Shown here: one piece after another, positions 19,341 to 28,420 of the stretch
Numbering within the stretch: the first letter of the stretch is position 1
How the letters are laid out: every line of letters starts with the position of its first letter
Assembly (NCBI GenBank): GCA_045803545.1
Contig: JBJMOW010000004.1
Coordinates: forward strand, 1,139,819-1,203,818
DNA: 64,000 nucleotides
Origin: Gemmatimonadaceae bacterium
Lineage (GTDB): Bacteria > Gemmatimonadota > Gemmatimonadetes > Gemmatimonadales > Gemmatimonadaceae
Direction of reading: 5' to 3'
Position numbers and translations under genes: made by a program
Notes under the pieces: generated by a model
Seen by the model: only the letters and a program-made list of their open reading frames with translations
The model's database searches: none
Told to the model about the DNA's origin: nothing

Positions 19341-20441
19341 CTATAGGACGCTGCGCTGTGCCAGGCCGAGTGCGTAATCAGCCATCCACGAGCCAGCGCT
19401 CGGCGCACCGTTGCACGACCCGTCCGACTCACCGGGCGCCTTGACCCACAGATAGGCATCAACGAGCGGATCGGCGGTGAACGTCGTCGACGCCGTACCA
19501 AGACCGCGGCCAGCCGGATTGCACCATGCATTGTCTGCGGTTGGTCCCAAGCCGTTGCGGCTCGTGTCGATGATGAAATGCTTTCCGCCGATCAACGCTG
19601 AAATCGCCTTGCCATAACTGATCGCACTCGACGTGTACTGGAAGTTCGACACGTTGACGAAGAAACCATCAGCGGCGCCGACGCTCGCTCTCGCGAGGAG
19701 CGACGCCTGTTCGCTTGCCGACTTCCACGCCGAGTGGCCGCCGTCGAGATAGACAACGGCTCCGTTGGCTTTGAGAACTGCGATCGCGTACTGAAGAAGA
19801 TTGGTTCGCGTTGTCTGATCCGTGCTGCTAAGGCAGCCGATCTGAGTGACTGCGTCCGGTTCGAGGACGATGACCGCGTGACTGGTTCCGAGCGCCGTCG
19901 CGAACGCGGAGATCCACGTCTTGTAGCCGTCGGCCGTAGTGCCACCAGCGGAATAACCTCCGCAATCACGCTGCGGAATGTTGTAGGCGACGAAGACCGG
20001 CCGGGCTCCGGTGCCAGCAACTGTCGCAACGGCCTTGGCGACGGCTGTCCCGATGTCTCCGCTCCAACCGCCGAACCACTGCGCCTGCGAGTTCTGCGCG
20101 ATCTTGTCCATCTGCGCTGCGTCCGCAGGGCGCGTCGTCCGCCAGGAATCGGCTGTCTGCTTTGCGTTCGAGTATGGGTTCACCCAGAACGAAACCCCGC
20201 TGATCGGGTTCGTGCCGACCGGAATCGGTGGCGGCGCCGGATCGGTGATCGGAGGTGGAGGAGGAGTGGTGCTCCCACCTTTCTTGTGCCTGGCGTCGGC
20301 CGTTCCGTCTGGCGAGATTGCGTCGCCAGCGCATGCGGCAAGTGAGACGATCGCGCTTGCCACGAGAACATAGCGCAGGAGATTTTCGGACCAGCGACCA
20401 GAGGCGCGCCGGTGTCCCAGTGCAACTTGTGATACTGCCAT
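19341..20441 (-). CDS. glycoside hydrolase family 6 (endoglucanase-type) lipoprotein
   Basis: Lipobox SLAAC, Pro-rich linker, YNIPQRDCGG, VLEPDA, DTSRNG, WCNPAGRGLG and WVKAPGESDGSC. Confidence 0.93.
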   Translation of the reverse strand: MAVSQVALGHRRASGRWSENLLRYVLVASAIVSLAACAGDAISPDGTADARHKKGGSTTPPPPPITDPAPPPIPVGTNPISGVSFWVNPYSNAKQTADSWRTTRPADAAQMDKIAQNSQAQWFGGWSGDIGTAVAKAVATVAGTGARPVFVAYNIPQRDCGGYSAGGTTADGYKTWISAFATALGTSHAVIVLEPDAVTQIGCLSSTDQTTRTNLLQYAIAVLKANGAVVYLDGGHSAWKSASEQASLLARASVGAADGFFVNVSNFQYTSSAISYGKAISALIGGKHFIIDTSRNGLGPTADNAWCNPAGRGLGTASTTFTADPLVDAYLWVKAPGESDGSCNGAPSAGSWMADYALGLAQRSVL

Positions 20442-20456
20442 TTTTTTTTCTCTCTC

Positions 20457-20548
20457 TTCGGAAGCGCGTCCGGCCTGACTGACCACGGTCAGCGTTAGCC
20501 ACGGAGCTTTGCGTCTCCACTTTTCAGTGGATTTGCCCTTAAACGGAG
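20457..20548 (-). ncRNA. c-di-GMP-I (GEMM-I) riboswitch aptamer
   Basis: AAGGGCAAA-UCCACU-GAAA-AGUGGA-GACGCAAAGC-UCCGU-GGCUAA...AGGCC-GG-ACG-CGCUUCCGA aligns with the Vc2-type consensus (GNRA tetraloop, GACGCAAAGC core, CUAA receptor). Confidence 0.88.
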
Positions 20549-20598
20549 ATCATCCGCGAGCACTAGAAAGCCGTGCTCCGGACAGTGAACGAGGGGCA

Positions 20599-20627
20599 AC
20601 TATACGGCCGTATGTCCACTGTGTCAA
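20599..20627 (-). promoter_or_regulatory. sigma70 promoter driving the riboswitch-GH6 transcript
   Basis: TTGACA (20627-20622), 17-bp spacer, TATAGT (20604-20599). Confidence 0.8.
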
Positions 20628-20814
20628 TCAAATTTTTACCGTGGCGGAACGCGTTGTGCCATAGGCAGTTACACTGCTGAGCTAGAGCGCAAAACAACCT
20701 CATCAGCGCCAGGTGTTCACTACGGGTGACAAAGGGTTCGGACACCTGGACGGGCGGCTAGCTGTCGTCTCTGGGTTTACCTTTTTCGCGTCTATGAAGC
20801 GAACGGAGCGTGAG

Positions 20815-21186
20815 ATGACGGGCAGCAGTGTCAGTTTTTATCGCTGGAACGACATGAAGAAAGAGCGCGTGAGCGACATGCTTGAACGTCGACTGATCAC
20901 CGGCGATCGCATGATGCTCGCTCATGTCTATCTGAGAAAAGGCTGCATCGTCCCCAAGCACTCGCACGAAAACGAGCAGCTCACGTACATTCTCGAGGGT
21001 GCGCTCAAGTTCTGGATCGGTGAAGATCAGAAAGAGGAAGTCATTGTTCGCGCTGGCGAAGTTCTGCTGATTCCCTCGCGCGTTCCCCACAAGGCTGAAG
21101 CTCTCGAAGAAACCCTCGATGTCGATGTGTTCAGTCCCCCGCGCCAGGATTGGCTTGCCAAGACCGACGACTATCTGAGGCGCTGA
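20815..21186 (+). CDS. cupin domain protein
   Basis: VPKHSHENEQLTYILEG...IPSRVPH...DVFSPPR; GGAG RBS before ATG 20815. Confidence 0.9.
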   Translation: MTGSSVSFYRWNDMKKERVSDMLERRLITGDRMMLAHVYLRKGCIVPKHSHENEQLTYILEGALKFWIGEDQKEEVIVRAGEVLLIPSRVPHKAEALEETLDVDVFSPPRQDWLAKTDDYLRR

Positions 21187-21978
21187 GTGGACCTCGGACT
21201 TCGCGGCAAGATCGCCATCGTCGCCGCCAGCAGTAAGGGACTCGGCCGCGCCATCGCCGAGGAGCTTGCTGCCGAAGGAGCGAACCTGGTTATGTGTGCG
21301 CGCGGCGAAGATGCGTTGCGGGAAACCGCCGATTCCGTCCGCAAAACCTTTGGTGTGGACGTGGTGGAAATCGCCGCGGACGTCTCGCAGCAATCCGGCA
21401 TCGATCTCGTTGCAAAGACAGCGCTCGATGCGTTCGGCAGAGTAGACGTTCTCGTAACGAACTCCGGCGGCCCACCAAGCGGAAGCTTCGACAGCTTGAC
21501 ACCGGAATCGTGGGAAAGTGCAACCCGTCTCCTGTTGTACAGCGCGGTCGGTTTGACCCGGGCCGTGCTGCCCGGGATGAAGGAGCGCCGCTGGGGACGC
21601 ATTCTCAACGTCACGTCCATCGCGGTGAAGCAACCCATCGATGGTTTAATGCTTTCGAACAGTCTGCGCGCTGCTGTGACGGGGTTCGCGCGAACGCTCG
21701 CAAACGAAGTGGCGTCGTTCAACATCACAGTGAACAACCTCATGCCTGGCTACACGCGTACTGATCGCGTGGAGCAGCTCGCACGCGCGAGCAGCGAAAA
21801 GACCGGTGCTTCTCTCAAGGAGTCGTACGCGCGTTGGGAGAAGGAAATTCCGATGGGTCGACTTGGCGAACCGCGCGAATTCGCCGCACTCGCCGCGTTC
21901 CTCGCCTCGGAGCGGGCCAGTTACATCACCGGCAGCTCTATCGCCGTCGACGGTGGGTGGATCCGCGCCCTGATCTAA
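21187..21978 (+). CDS. SDR family oxidoreductase
   Basis: AASSKGLG, NSGGPP, SNSLRAA (atypical active site) and YITGSSIAVDGG. Confidence 0.92.
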   Translation: MDLGLRGKIAIVAASSKGLGRAIAEELAAEGANLVMCARGEDALRETADSVRKTFGVDVVEIAADVSQQSGIDLVAKTALDAFGRVDVLVTNSGGPPSGSFDSLTPESWESATRLLLYSAVGLTRAVLPGMKERRWGRILNVTSIAVKQPIDGLMLSNSLRAAVTGFARTLANEVASFNITVNNLMPGYTRTDRVEQLARASSEKTGASLKESYARWEKEIPMGRLGEPREFAALAAFLASERASYITGSSIAVDGGWIRALI

Positions 21979-22099
21979 TCGCGTTCAGCCGCGAGTAAAC
22001 GCTATGGCGCCTCGCGACATCATGTATCCAGAGACAACTGGAGAGGTAGTGTCGGCCGGGTCAGGCGCAGTGTTGGTACACCCCTATATTGGGCATCCA

Positions 22100-22741
22100 A
22101 TGTTCAGACGAGGGAAACGGAAACGCGCCGAGTCGATTGAAAAAGCGACGCCGTTCCGCGACCGGGCGACGTACGCGCTCGATGTCCAATTGGCGTCGCT
22201 CGCATCGGCAGGCGACGACGCAGCCTTCACGTCGCTGGTTACTCGCTTCCAGCCGGCCGTCTTTCGTTGGTCGTTGATCTTTGCTCGCGATCCGGACGAA
22301 GCCGAAGACATCACGCAGGAGGTTTTCGTACGCGTGCATCGGCAGATCGGTAACTATCGATCGGACGGGCCCCTCGAGGCCTGGCTATATCGGATTACTC
22401 TTCGAACGGCCACTCAGCTGCGTCGCAAGCGCGGTCGTCGCACGCGACTCGTGATGTCGCCAGCCGCTCGTCCAGATCGCGATGTCTACACTACAGATCC
22501 GGGCGGCCGGGTCGATCGCCAGCGTGCGGCCGACGTCATCCGCGAGCTTTTCGCCGATTTGCCGCGACGCCAGCGTGAGATCTTTGATCTGGTCGATCTT
22601 CAGGGTCTGTCGCCATCGGAAGTTGCCGAGCGCACCGGTATGAAACCGGTGTCCGTACGCGCGAATCTATTCAAAGCGCGCCAGGCAATTCGTGACGGGC
22701 TGCTTGCCACTCATCCCGCCTATAGCGAGCTGTCGAGATGA
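22100..22741 (+). CDS. ECF RNA polymerase sigma factor
   Basis: AEDITQEVF...WLYRIT (region 2) and LPRRQREIF...EVAERTG...SVRANLFKAR (region 4). Start could be 22004. Confidence 0.92.
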   Translation: MFRRGKRKRAESIEKATPFRDRATYALDVQLASLASAGDDAAFTSLVTRFQPAVFRWSLIFARDPDEAEDITQEVFVRVHRQIGNYRSDGPLEAWLYRITLRTATQLRRKRGRRTRLVMSPAARPDRDVYTTDPGGRVDRQRAADVIRELFADLPRRQREIFDLVDLQGLSPSEVAERTGMKPVSVRANLFKARQAIRDGLLATHPAYSELSR

Positions 22742-23409
22742 ACTGCCGTGAATGCCTCGAGGAGCTCGCCATCGGCTCGCTGCGTGAGCTCACTCCCGAG
22801 TCGGCTGTCTCGCGCCATGCTGCAGGCTGTCCGGACTGCGGTCCGCTACTCACTCAGCTTCGGGATCGGGAGTACCACGCAGCGACTGTTCTCAACAATC
22901 TGCCGCCGTTCAGTGACCCGGTTGCCGTAGCGGAAAGCTCGGGGCGCCTGGCCCGGCGCCGTCGAATGGGTGGTGTCGTCGTAACCCTAATGGCGATCGC
23001 ACTTGGACTCACGATCTGGTTTGCCGCAGACACGATGATATCCGATTTCGGTCATTCGCAATTACGCGACAATCTCCGCACCGAAACGATCTCCCTGTCG
23101 TGTCTTACGCCAGAACAGGCTGGCGAGATCATCTCGCCGTACGTTCGGACGCGGGGCAGCACTTACTACGTTGGACCACCGGGCGTCGCGGCGATCACAG
23201 TTCGTGCTACGCCGGGCGAGCTCTCGCAGGTGCGGACCCTGCTTCGGGATTTTGATACCGGTCGTAATGCATCCTGTCATGCGGACATGGCCACAACTTT
23301 CCGGCAGCTCGACCGGCAATTAAAGGAGCTTCAGAAGCTTCAACCTGTTCTCGCTGGTGTGAAACCGAACCCCGTCACGACAAAGCCGGACAACCCGAAA
23401 GAAAAATAA
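22738..23409 (+). CDS. zinc-finger anti-sigma factor with TM helix and periplasmic secretin-N-like domain
   Basis: MNCREC...HAAGCPDC (ZAS-like HxxxCxxC), one TM helix, ATGA overlap with the ECF gene. Confidence 0.75.
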   Translation: MNCRECLEELAIGSLRELTPESAVSRHAAGCPDCGPLLTQLRDREYHAATVLNNLPPFSDPVAVAESSGRLARRRRMGGVVVTLMAIALGLTIWFAADTMISDFGHSQLRDNLRTETISLSCLTPEQAGEIISPYVRTRGSTYYVGPPGVAAITVRATPGELSQVRTLLRDFDTGRNASCHADMATTFRQLDRQLKELQKLQPVLAGVKPNPVTTKPDNPKEK

Positions 23410-23434
23410 GAGTCGATCGGACTCGGGCTGATCC

Positions 23435-23486
23435 AACCCTTTCCCCCGAAAAGCTGTCTGAACCATTACTCCGATTCTCCCGTCTA
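23435..23486 (+). promoter_or_regulatory. two tandem ECF-type promoter-like elements
   Basis: cAAC-N17-TGTCTG (23435-23460) and gAAC-N17-CGTCTA (23461-23486) upstream of the DUF5916 gene. Confidence 0.4.
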
Positions 23487-23520
23487 AAATTCGACTGCTC
23501 GTTCCCCAACCCGTTCGAGT

Positions 23521-26247
23521 ATGAATCTTTTCCGTCCTCTCCTTGGCGCCGTTCTTTCTGTTGCCCTCACCGACGCGCTCCTCGCGCAGAATCCCACTTA
23601 TCCGCCGCAGCCAGCGGTCGCACCTCAAATCACGAGTGACCAGGCTCCGCAGAGGGCGCTCGCCGCGCGCAACATGCGCGCGAGTCGCGCGGCGGGAGCG
23701 ATCAGAATCGACGGCAAGCTGGATGAGCCTTCGTGGCAGGCCGCTGTGCCATCGTCGGATTTCATGCAAAGCTACCCGAAGGTTGGCGGCACGCCCACCG
23801 ACCGAACCGAGGTTCGCGTTCTCTATGACGATGAGGCGCTTTACGTCGGCGTTCGGATGTTCGACTCGCGTCCTGATTCAATCGCCGCGCAGCTGGCCCG
23901 ACGCGACGCCTCGGGCATCTACTCGGACTGGCTGCACGTCATGATTGACTCGTATCGCGATCGGCGAACGGCGTGGCGCTTTTCAGTCAATCCGAAAGGC
24001 GTGCAGAAGGATGTGCTGGAATACGACGACCGCGCGGGTGAGGATCTGAACTGGGATGCAGTCTGGCAAGTTGCGACGCGCATCGATTCTGCCGGTTGGG
24101 TTGCCGAGTACAGGATTCCATTCTCGCAATTGCGATTCGGTGGCGTGCCGCGTGGCGTCGAGCGCATTTGGGGATTCCAGGTCATGCGCGACGTCGCGCG
24201 ACGCAACGAGCGCGACAGCTGGTCTTCGTGGAAGACAACGGATCCCGGTTTCGTTTCCAACGAAGGTGATCTCGCAGGAATCGTCGACATCCCGACTCCG
24301 CGGCGCTTCGAAGTCATGCCTTACGCCAGCACGAAGTTGACGCGCGCTCCAGGCGACCCTGCTAATCCCTTCTACAAGGCCAACGACGCCAAGCCCTCCG
24401 CAGGAGCCGATCTCAAGTACGGGTTACCGAACGGTCTCACCTTAACGGCAACGGTCAATCCTGATTTCGGGCAGGTCGAAGTCGATCCCGCGGTCGTCAA
24501 TCTTTCCGCCTATGAGACGTTCTTCCCGGAGAAGAGGCCCTTTTTCATTGAAGGAGCGAACATCTTCAACATCGGCTCGATCCAGGGCGGGCCGTCGTAC
24601 GGCAGCCAGCAAATTTTCTACTCGCGCAGAATCGGTCGGCCGCCGCAGCGGTTCGTCAGTGGGCAGTACGTCGATGCCCCCGATGGAACGACCATCATTG
24701 GCGCAGGGAAGCTGACCGGCAAGGTTGGATCGTGGACGGTCGGAGTGCTGAACGCGCTGACTTCCGAGGAGAAGGCGCGCGTCATCGACGCTTCGAGTAT
24801 CGAATCGACGACACCGGTCGAGCCCCTTTCCAATTACTTCGTCGGTCGCGTGCGTCGCGATTACAGAGGCGGGGCGACGGTCTTGAGCATTGGGGGCACC
24901 GCGGTCAATCGCGATCTAAGCGATGCGGTGTTCAAGAACTTGCTTCGCTCGAGTGCTGATGTCGGAAGCGTCGACTTCGAGAATCGCTGGGGCCGGCAAA
25001 CAATTACGGGTGCCTTCTCGAAATCCCTGATTCAGGGATCGCAATCGGTGATCAGAAACGCGCAGCTCTCCAGCGCGCGTTACTATCAGCGGCCCGACGC
25101 GGACTACCTCGGTGTCGACTCGACGCGAAATTCTCTCGACGGATATTCGGCGAAGCTTGGTTACAACCTGTCGGGTGACTGGTCGTACTCGCTAACACTC
25201 AAGGACATCAGTCCCGGTTACGAGGTAAACGACCTCGGATTCATGGGACGCGTCGACTATCGCAACGTCGGCATGGGCGGATCGTACAACAACCAAACTC
25301 CCGGCAAGCTCCTGCGCGGTTACAACCTGTTCGCCGGGACCAACCATGCGTGGAACCACGGCGGTAACAAGCTGTGGACGAGCTTCTTCAATCAGGTGAC
25401 TCTCAACTTCAACAATCTCTGGTCGTTCTACACCGGCGGGGAATACGATCCGAGCGCGATCGACGATCGCCTCACGCGCGGGGGTCCGCTTGGACGACAG
25501 CCCACGCAGTGGGGCGCCTGGTTCGAGCTCGATACCGATACTCGACCAGTGCTCTCCTACATTTTCACAGGCAATTATTACGGCGACGAGAAACACGGGT
25601 ACAGCAAGGACATTGGCGTTGGCGTAGTGGTTCGCCCAAGCTCCTCCGTCCGCGTTACCGTGACACCGGATCTGACGCGGTACCACAACACCATACAATT
25701 CGTGCAAAGTGCCGGAGACCCGCTCGCTACCAGCACTTTTGGGCGACGCTACATCTTTGCCGATATCTATCAGACAACGTTGTCGGCGACTACGCGCGTG
25801 GAGTGGACGCTGACACCGATGCTCTCCTTCCAGATGTACGCGCAGCCCTTTGCATCGGCCGGTAAGTACAAGGGCTTCAAGGAGCTCGCGCAACCGGCAA
25901 CTCAGAACTACCTGGTTTACGGGCGGGGTAATGGAAGCACGCTCAGTGCTGTTACCGATGCACAGACCGGTAACGTCACGGCGTACACGGTCGATCCGGA
26001 TGGCGGCGGCGCGGCACCTTCGTTCAGCATCGACAATCCAGACTTCCGCACCCACTCGCTGCGTGGCAACGCAGTCGTGCGCTGGGAATATCGCCCCGGC
26101 TCCGCACTCTATTTCGTGTGGCAGCAGGAGCGCAGCGACTTTCTTCCGTTTGAAGGCGATTTCAGAGCGGGTCGCGAAACGGCGGCGATCTTTGGCCGGC
26201 CGAGTAACGTGTTCCTGGTCAAGGCCAGCTATTGGTTCGCGCGATAG
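23521..26247 (+). CDS. DUF5916 outer-membrane protein with N-terminal CBM9-like domain
   Basis: IRIDGKLDEPSW, VLYDDEALY, WVAEYRIPFSQLRF, TVNPDFGQVEVD, FPEKRPFF, FYSRRIG and terminal FLVKASYW. Confidence 0.88.
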   Translation: MNLFRPLLGAVLSVALTDALLAQNPTYPPQPAVAPQITSDQAPQRALAARNMRASRAAGAIRIDGKLDEPSWQAAVPSSDFMQSYPKVGGTPTDRTEVRVLYDDEALYVGVRMFDSRPDSIAAQLARRDASGIYSDWLHVMIDSYRDRRTAWRFSVNPKGVQKDVLEYDDRAGEDLNWDAVWQVATRIDSAGWVAEYRIPFSQLRFGGVPRGVERIWGFQVMRDVARRNERDSWSSWKTTDPGFVSNEGDLAGIVDIPTPRRFEVMPYASTKLTRAPGDPANPFYKANDAKPSAGADLKYGLPNGLTLTATVNPDFGQVEVDPAVVNLSAYETFFPEKRPFFIEGANIFNIGSIQGGPSYGSQQIFYSRRIGRPPQRFVSGQYVDAPDGTTIIGAGKLTGKVGSWTVGVLNALTSEEKARVIDASSIESTTPVEPLSNYFVGRVRRDYRGGATVLSIGGTAVNRDLSDAVFKNLLRSSADVGSVDFENRWGRQTITGAFSKSLIQGSQSVIRNAQLSSARYYQRPDADYLGVDSTRNSLDGYSAKLGYNLSGDWSYSLTLKDISPGYEVNDLGFMGRVDYRNVGMGGSYNNQTPGKLLRGYNLFAGTNHAWNHGGNKLWTSFFNQVTLNFNNLWSFYTGGEYDPSAIDDRLTRGGPLGRQPTQWGAWFELDTDTRPVLSYIFTGNYYGDEKHGYSKDIGVGVVVRPSSSVRVTVTPDLTRYHNTIQFVQSAGDPLATSTFGRRYIFADIYQTTLSATTRVEWTLTPMLSFQMYAQPFASAGKYKGFKELAQPATQNYLVYGRGNGSTLSAVTDAQTGNVTAYTVDPDGGGAAPSFSIDNPDFRTHSLRGNAVVRWEYRPGSALYFVWQQERSDFLPFEGDFRAGRETAAIFGRPSNVFLVKASYWFAR

Positions 26248-26304
26248 TTTTCCTTCGTAACTTCGTGCAGAGTCGCGGGTGACCGCGTCGGAGTTAAGAT
26301 ACCG

Positions 26305-26334
26305 AGCCCGCCCGGATTCCGGGCGGGCTTTTTT
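26305..26334 (+). terminator. intrinsic terminator
   Basis: agcccgcccgga-t-tccgggcgggct followed by a T-tract. Confidence 0.85.
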
Positions 26335-26365
26335 ATCGGCCCAGTTGTCGACGCATATTTCCGAG

Positions 26366-27934
26366 ATGCATCGAACCATTCGCCTCGCGATTCAGATCGC
26401 GGTCATTGCTGCTGTCGTGGTTGCGCTCCCGTACAAGTTGTTCGAGCTGGATCGCTATTTCGTGCCGAAGGAGCTTGTGCTCAACGCTGCCGCGTTGATC
26501 GTAACGACAGCGCTGGTGGTGAAGCGACGCTCGCTCCAGTTTGACCTCGTCGACGGCCTGATTGCCCTGTTTCTCCTATGGAGCGTCGCATCGGCGATCT
26601 TCGCGTCCAATCACTGGCTCGCTCAGCGATCGCTCGCCATCAGTATCTCTGGCGCGGTCATTTTCTGGGGCGCACGTTCGATCGCGCCGACTTCCTACCG
26701 CTCGATTCTGGCTGCCTGCGCGACCGCCACAGTGTGCACCGCTGCTTTTTGCCTGGCGCAGGCCTACGGGCTCGACACTGAGTACTTCAGCGCTAACCGC
26801 GTGCCCGGCGGGACTTTCGGCAACAGAAATTTTGTCGCCCACATCGCAGCAATCGGATTGCCGACATTAGCGTGGTGCACTGTCACAGCACGCAAACAGA
26901 TTGGCGCGCTGCTCGGCTCCCTCGGCGCTGCGCTCGTCGCCGGTGCACTGGTGCTGTCGCGGTCGCGTGGTGCCTGGCTGGCGGTGGCGGCATCAGCGGC
27001 AGTGCTTTTGATCCCGCTCATTGCTTCACGCAGGTATTGGCGCGGATCGCACATTGGCGGCCGCTTCGCGCGGCTGATGCTCGCGACGGCTATTGGTGGA
27101 ATGATTGCGCTCGCTCTTCCCAACTCCCTGAACTGGAACAGCGAGTCGCCGTATCTTGACTCGGCGCGCGGTATGATCGACTACAAGAAAGGCAGCGGCC
27201 GGGGCCGCGTCGCACAGTACAAGAACTCGTTACGGATGGCAGCGTCGAATCCCGTATTCGGCGTGGGGCCGGGAAACTGGCCGGTAGAGTATGTGCGCTA
27301 CGCACCGGCTGGCGATCCGTCGTTAACGGACGAAAGGATGACGGCGAATCCCTGGCCCAGCAGCGACTGGATCGCGTTCGTGTCTGAGCGCGGATTCATC
27401 CCCACGATCGCGCTTTTGTCGACGTTCGTGATGCTGTTCTTGAGTTCGCTGCGTCGCTGGTCCGAGCTCGAGAATCCGGACGCTGTTCTTGCGCAGTGCG
27501 TGCTCGCTGGAACGATTGTGGCAACGATTGTCGTAAGCGCATTCGACGTTGTGCTCATTCTCGGCGCTCCTTCGCTCCTCGTCTGGAGTATTCTGGGCGC
27601 AACCAGCGGTCTGCGCCGCGGCGCGAAGGCCGTTGAGGTTTCGTCTCGCACACTCGGGTTTGCCGCGGGTGCCTTGTTGGTTGCCTCGCTGATTGCGGTC
27701 GTGCGCAGCGCAACCCAGACGATGGCGATGACCTCGGTCGGTCGCGGCGGCTACACCGCTGGGTGGATAGAAGGGGCGATGTGGGATCCCGGCAGCTATC
27801 GCATCAACTATCGAGTCGCGGAGTTGTATTCTCGTCGCGGGCGATGTTCGATCGCGCGCGGGTATGCGAAGCAGGCGGTATCGCTCTTTCCCAATTCATC
27901 TCAGGCAAAGCGAATGGCGCGCAACTGCGACTAA
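26366..27934 (+). CDS. O-antigen ligase (Wzy_C) family membrane protein with C-terminal TPR-like tail
   Basis: Many TM helices, GTFGNRNF, LSRSRGAW and PVFGVGPGNW. ATG 26366 lies after the terminator. Confidence 0.82.
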   Translation: MHRTIRLAIQIAVIAAVVVALPYKLFELDRYFVPKELVLNAAALIVTTALVVKRRSLQFDLVDGLIALFLLWSVASAIFASNHWLAQRSLAISISGAVIFWGARSIAPTSYRSILAACATATVCTAAFCLAQAYGLDTEYFSANRVPGGTFGNRNFVAHIAAIGLPTLAWCTVTARKQIGALLGSLGAALVAGALVLSRSRGAWLAVAASAAVLLIPLIASRRYWRGSHIGGRFARLMLATAIGGMIALALPNSLNWNSESPYLDSARGMIDYKKGSGRGRVAQYKNSLRMAASNPVFGVGPGNWPVEYVRYAPAGDPSLTDERMTANPWPSSDWIAFVSERGFIPTIALLSTFVMLFLSSLRRWSELENPDAVLAQCVLAGTIVATIVVSAFDVVLILGAPSLLVWSILGATSGLRRGAKAVEVSSRTLGFAAGALLVASLIAVVRSATQTMAMTSVGRGGYTAGWIEGAMWDPGSYRINYRVAELYSRRGRCSIARGYAKQAVSLFPNSSQAKRMARNCD

Positions 27935-27980
27935 CCACTCACAAATCTGAGCGTAAGCCGCGCTCCTTTGCGGTACGCAC

Positions 27981-28012
27981 AAAAAATCCCACCACGCACT
28001 GTGGTGGGATTT
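27981..28012 (-). terminator. intrinsic terminator downstream of tRNA-Pro (probably bidirectional)
   Basis: aaatcccaccac/gtggtgggattt stem with an A6 tract on the left. Confidence 0.75.
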
Positions 28013-28022
28013 CGATTTTGAG

Positions 28023-28096
28023 TCGGGGCGACTGGATTTGAACCAGCGACCTCCTGCTCCCGAAGCAGGCGCGCTACCGGGCTACGCTACGCCCCG
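28023..28096 (-). tRNA. tRNA-Pro(CGG)
   Basis: CGGGGCGTAGCGTAGCCCGGTAGCGCG-CCTGC-TT-CGG-GA-GCAGG...GGTTCAAATCC; CCA not encoded. Confidence 0.96.
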
Positions 28097-28420
28097 AAAA
28101 ACGACAAGTGACCCCTCAGATCGAGGGCGAACGACACACTATAACATGCCTGGCTGTTCGACGGGAGGCCGAGCTAGTGACCCCGTTTGCATGCTGCAAT
28201 ATGCATTGCATTTCGCGAAAAACGGCTCCGCACGCGCATATTTGTGACATATCTAACTTATTGCCACTGCAGAACTTAACGTGAATCAGGCGAATCGAAA
28301 ATCGACCGTATTTTCGCGTTGCATTACCGCTCAGGGCCGCGTCTTTAGCGCAGAATGGACAGCTTGAAATTCCAACCCCTTTTGGCTGTCGATACACAGT
28401 TAACTCGGAGCTTTTTTTCA

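Noticed and set aside
26279..26365. Longer N-terminus for the O-antigen ligase
   Set aside because: It runs through the upstream terminator hairpin; ATG 26366 is more plausible.
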